Below, in pieces: positions 61,184-64,000 of a DNA stretch of 64,000 nucleotides; position 1 is the first letter of the stretch; each line of letters starts with the position of its first letter. The notes below the pieces were generated by a model. The model did not search any database, had not been told where the DNA came from, and saw nothing but the letters and a program-made list of their open reading frames with translations. The DNA lies in assembly GCA_963792965.1 (NCBI GenBank), contig CAWBYW010000016.1, forward strand, positions 256,001-320,000, in the 5' to 3' direction. A program made the position numbers and the translations under genes. Source of the DNA: an uncultured delta proteobacterium. Its GTDB lineage: Bacteria; Desulfobacterota; Zymogenia; Zymogenales; Zymogenaceae.

Positions 61184-62027
61184 AATCTCCTTCTCAACCC
61201 CCGCGAAGGTCAATTATTACCTCAGGGTGGCCGGAAAACGGCCGGACGGCTATCACGATCTGGTCTCGGTCATGTGCGCGGTGAGTCTGTTTGACGAGAT
61301 CACCATGACCCTCGGGGGCAGAGGGGTCTTTGTCCGGTCCGATCACCCTAACGTGCCGTCGGGCCCGGACAACACGGTCTTTCGAGCGGCGCGGCTCGTC
61401 CTTGATGCCGCGGGAGATGAGGGCGGCGTCGATATCCATATCGATAAGAAGATCCCGATACTGTCGGGACTCGGCGGGGCGAGCTCCGACGCCGCCGCGG
61501 TGATGAAGAAGCTCAATCAGGTGATGCGTCTGGGCTTTTCCTTGGAAGAGCTGACGAGCCTCGGGATGCAGGTCGGATCGGACGTTCCGTTTTTTCTCCA
61601 CGGATCTCCGGCGCTCGTCACCGGGAGGGGGGAGATCCTCGAGAGCATAAAAGGGATTCCGGAGGCGTGGCTGGTGATCGTTAAACCGCCGGGGGGTATT
61701 TCGACGCGTGATGCATATAAAAGTGTTGATTTGCTATTGACAGAAGATAAAAAACATATTATGATTCCGAAGTTTAATGGTACACTTGACGGTCTTGTTG
61801 TCGCCATGTCCAACGATTTTGAGCCGATAGCCGAGCGCGAGCTCGGCGAGATATCGGAAATTAAGGACAAGCTCATAAGACTCGGTTCGATGAAGGCTAT
61901 GCTTACAGGAAGCGGTTCTGCGGTCTTTGGGGTATTTGCGGATGAGATCTCGGCGCATCGGGCGTGCTCGATACTCCGGGATCGTCCTGACTGGAGCGTC
62001 TTTGTCGCGAAAAATCTCTTCGACTAA
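61173..62027 (+). CDS. ispE: 4-diphosphocytidyl-2-C-methyl-D-erythritol kinase
   Basis: PAKVN..L.V..KRPDGYHDL, KKIP..SGLGGASSDAA, GSDVPFF, TGRGE, TGSGSAVFG; GTG 61173 after GGAGG. Confidence 0.96.
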   Translation: MPHKISFSTPAKVNYYLRVAGKRPDGYHDLVSVMCAVSLFDEITMTLGGRGVFVRSDHPNVPSGPDNTVFRAARLVLDAAGDEGGVDIHIDKKIPILSGLGGASSDAAAVMKKLNQVMRLGFSLEELTSLGMQVGSDVPFFLHGSPALVTGRGEILESIKGIPEAWLVIVKPPGGISTRDAYKSVDLLLTEDKKHIMIPKFNGTLDGLVVAMSNDFEPIAERELGEISEIKDKLIRLGSMKAMLTGSGSAVFGVFADEISAHRACSILRDRPDWSVFVAKNLFD

Positions 62028-62047
62028 TTTTTACCATGGAGGCAGCA

Positions 62048-62344
62048 ATGGACATAACTGAGGTCAGGGTTTTTCCGGTGAACGAGGAGAGGCTGAAAGC
62101 GTACGCCACCATCACCTTTGACGACTGCTTCATTATCCGGGATCTCAAGGTCATCGATGGAAACAACGGCCTTTTCGTTGCGATGCCGAGCAAGAAGAGG
62201 AAAGACGGGACGTTTCGGGATACCGCGCATCCGCTGAACAACGAAACGCGTGAAAGGATCGAGGACGTGGTGCTTCGGGAATACGAGAAGGAGCGAACGC
62301 GGGTCGACGACGGAGGAAGACCGCTCATGCGGGACGACGAATGA
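62048..62344 (+). CDS. spoVG: SpoVG family nucleic-acid-binding protein
   Basis: MDITEVRV, LKAYATITFDDCF, GLFVAMPS, FRDTAHPLN. Confidence 0.95.
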   Translation: MDITEVRVFPVNEERLKAYATITFDDCFIIRDLKVIDGNNGLFVAMPSKKRKDGTFRDTAHPLNNETRERIEDVVLREYEKERTRVDDGGRPLMRDDE

Positions 62345-62411
62345 GCCATCGGGTCATGCCGACGGACTCATCCAGGAGAGAGTCAGGGATATAGTATATA
62401 ATATACAATAT

Positions 62412-62486
62412 TGGGGTGTCGACAAGCGGTAAGTCTCGGGACTTTGGATCCCGCATTCGGAGGTTCGAATCCTCCCACCCCAGCCA
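62412..62486 (+). tRNA. tRNA-Gln(TTG)
   Basis: Acceptor TGGGGTG/CACCCCA, anticodon arm CGGGA-CTTTGGA-TCCCG, GGTTCGAATCC T-arm, encoded CCA. Confidence 0.98.
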
Positions 62487-62509
62487 CTTTAGAAGCATAG
62501 ATAAAGACA

Positions 62510-63448
62510 GTGGACAGGATAAAGATATTTTCCGGGACTTCCAATCCCCGGATGACAGAGGAAATCTGTGAATTCCTAAAGATCCCCCTCGGGAAAGCGA
62601 AGGTCTCTCTTTTTTCCGACAGCGAGATCTCAGTAGAAATCCATGAAAGCGTGCGGGGCATGCGGGTCTTCGTGATTCAATCCACCTGCCCCCCCGTGAA
62701 CGACAACATCATGGAGCTCCTCGTGATGATTGACGCCCTCAAACGGGCATCCGCGGAGGAGATCACCGCCGTAATCCCCTATTACGGATATGCCCGCCAG
62801 GATCGCAAGGTTTTCCCCCGGGCACCCATATCGGCAAAGCTCGTGGCCGATCTGCTGGAGGCGGCAGGCACCCACCGCGTCATCTCCATGGAGCTGCACG
62901 CGGGCCAGATTCAGGGATTTTTCAATATCCCGGTGGATCACCTCTACTCGTCTCCGGTGATGATTACGTATCTCAGAAATAAGTTCGGGAAGGACGCGGT
63001 GATCGTCTCGCCCGACGCCGGGGGCGTGGAACGGGCGCGGGCGTACGCACAGCGCCTCGAGATGGGGCTTGCCATCATCGACAAGCGGCGCCCGGGGCCC
63101 AACGTCGCGCAGGTGATGAACATCATCGGCGACGTCGAGGCTAAGAACGCCGTGATCCTCGACGACATGGTCGATACCGCCGGAACACTGGTCAAAGCGG
63201 CCGACGCCCTCATCAACAGCGGGGCGAAGGCGGTCTTTGCCGCGGCCACCCATGCCGTTCTGTCGGGAGAGGCCGTCAAGAGGATCGTCGATTCCCCCAT
63301 CAAGGAGCTGGTAGCCACCAACACCATCCCGCTGTCCGAAGAAGCAAGGAAATCGGGAAAGATCACGGTCCTCTCGGTCTCGCACCTCCTCGGAGAGGCG
63401 ATCAGGCGGGTGCACCAGCGGGGCTCGGTAAGCGAGCTCTTTATCTAA
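62510..63448 (+). CDS. prs: Ribose-phosphate pyrophosphokinase
   Basis: FSDSEI, PYYGYARQDRK, VSPDAGG, DDMVDTAGT. Confidence 0.98.
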   Translation: MDRIKIFSGTSNPRMTEEICEFLKIPLGKAKVSLFSDSEISVEIHESVRGMRVFVIQSTCPPVNDNIMELLVMIDALKRASAEEITAVIPYYGYARQDRKVFPRAPISAKLVADLLEAAGTHRVISMELHAGQIQGFFNIPVDHLYSSPVMITYLRNKFGKDAVIVSPDAGGVERARAYAQRLEMGLAIIDKRRPGPNVAQVMNIIGDVEAKNAVILDDMVDTAGTLVKAADALINSGAKAVFAAATHAVLSGEAVKRIVDSPIKELVATNTIPLSEEARKSGKITVLSVSHLLGEAIRRVHQRGSVSELFI

Positions 63449-63530
63449 CGGATACTGAAAGGCGTGGGAGGTTCGGTCCCCACAGATGAGTGGGACGCCG
63501 GGCCTTCCTTTCATAAAAAGGTGAGAGAAA

Positions 63531-64000
63531 ATGGAAATTGCACAACTAAAGGTTGAACTGCGGGAAGGGTCCGGCAAAGGCGCTGCACGGAAGCTGCGGG
63601 CCAAGAACAAGGTACCGGGAATTTTTTACGGCCCGGGGGAAGAATCGGTCAAGGTTGCGGTAGACCCCGGCGAGATCAGGGCGGCGGTACGCACCCATGA
63701 GGGCTCGATGCCGCTGTTCTCCATTATCCCCAACGGGAAGGACGCCGAAAAGTTTGCGGGAAGCGTTGCGCTCGTCAGGGAGCTCCAGACCGATCCGCTG
63801 ACTCACGAATACCTTCACATCGACCTCATGAAGATCGATCTGTCCAAGCAGATCACGGTCGAGGTGCCGCTGCACTTCGTCGGGAAACCCCGGGGCCTCA
63901 AGAAGGGCGGCATGGTCGACGAGCAGGTCAGAAGACTGGAGGTCAAGTGCTTCCCGACCGATATTCCGGAGTTCATCGAGGTGGATATCTCGAACCTCGA
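63531..64000 (+). CDS. rplY: 50S ribosomal protein L25/Ctc (truncated by window end)
   Basis: MEIAQLKVELRE..GKGAARKLR...VPGIFYG, ELQTDP....LHIDL, VEVPL...G...G.K.GG; missing from ORF track because it has no stop in the window. Confidence 0.96.
   Translation, partial: MEIAQLKVELREGSGKGAARKLRAKNKVPGIFYGPGEESVKVAVDPGEIRAAVRTHEGSMPLFSIIPNGKDAEKFAGSVALVRELQTDPLTHEYLHIDLMKIDLSKQITVEVPLHFVGKPRGLKKGGMVDEQVRRLEVKCFPTDIPEFIEVDISNL

Noticed and set aside
62048-62344. spoVG as a sign of sporulation
   Set aside because: ispE-spoVG-prs is a common arrangement in non-sporulating deltaproteobacteria.

Overview
GC-rich (roughly 60% by eye) core-genome window spanning the replication origin of what looks like an anaerobic deltaproteobacterium (Desulfobacterota-like). 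The taxon is inferred from synteny: split atp operon with only atpZ-I-B-E, ahbB-hemL, ispE-spoVG-tRNA-Gln-prs-rplY, and DUF1844. Order: obgE(3' end)-proB-proA-nadD-rsfS-gpmI-hybrid kinase; an accessory stretch (MBL hydrolase, WapI-like ORF, two DUF4013 paralogs around tmk, acyl-CoA ligase); RR-HK-degP; rlmN-ndk; ArnT-like glycosyltransferase; an ltp4-ltp3-DUF35-DUF35-like operon; a REC-PAS-GGDEF protein; the Fo operon; dksA; hemL; dnaA-oriC-dnaN-gyrB-gyrA; hsp20-cbpA-DUF1844-vWA; a Cys-rich PAS/GAF sensor; a large beta-barrel; a Cys-nucleophile hydrolase; and bS22-NTPase-engB-ispE-spoVG-tRNA-prs-rplY. About 16 single-base indels split otherwise intact genes, including essential ones, and are best read as long-read assembly errors. 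I found no CRISPR array, prophage, IS or recognisable defence system. The best leads are: a sterol-type retro-aldolase operon with its own operator in an anaerobe; a FadR(YsiA)-like palindrome on the ATP synthase Fo promoter; a Tat-signal-only micro-ORF; a kinase-less Cys-rich sensor; a Cys-elbow alpha/beta hydrolase; and a bipartite oriC with DnaA-trios. All family assignments are from motif recognition, not database searches.
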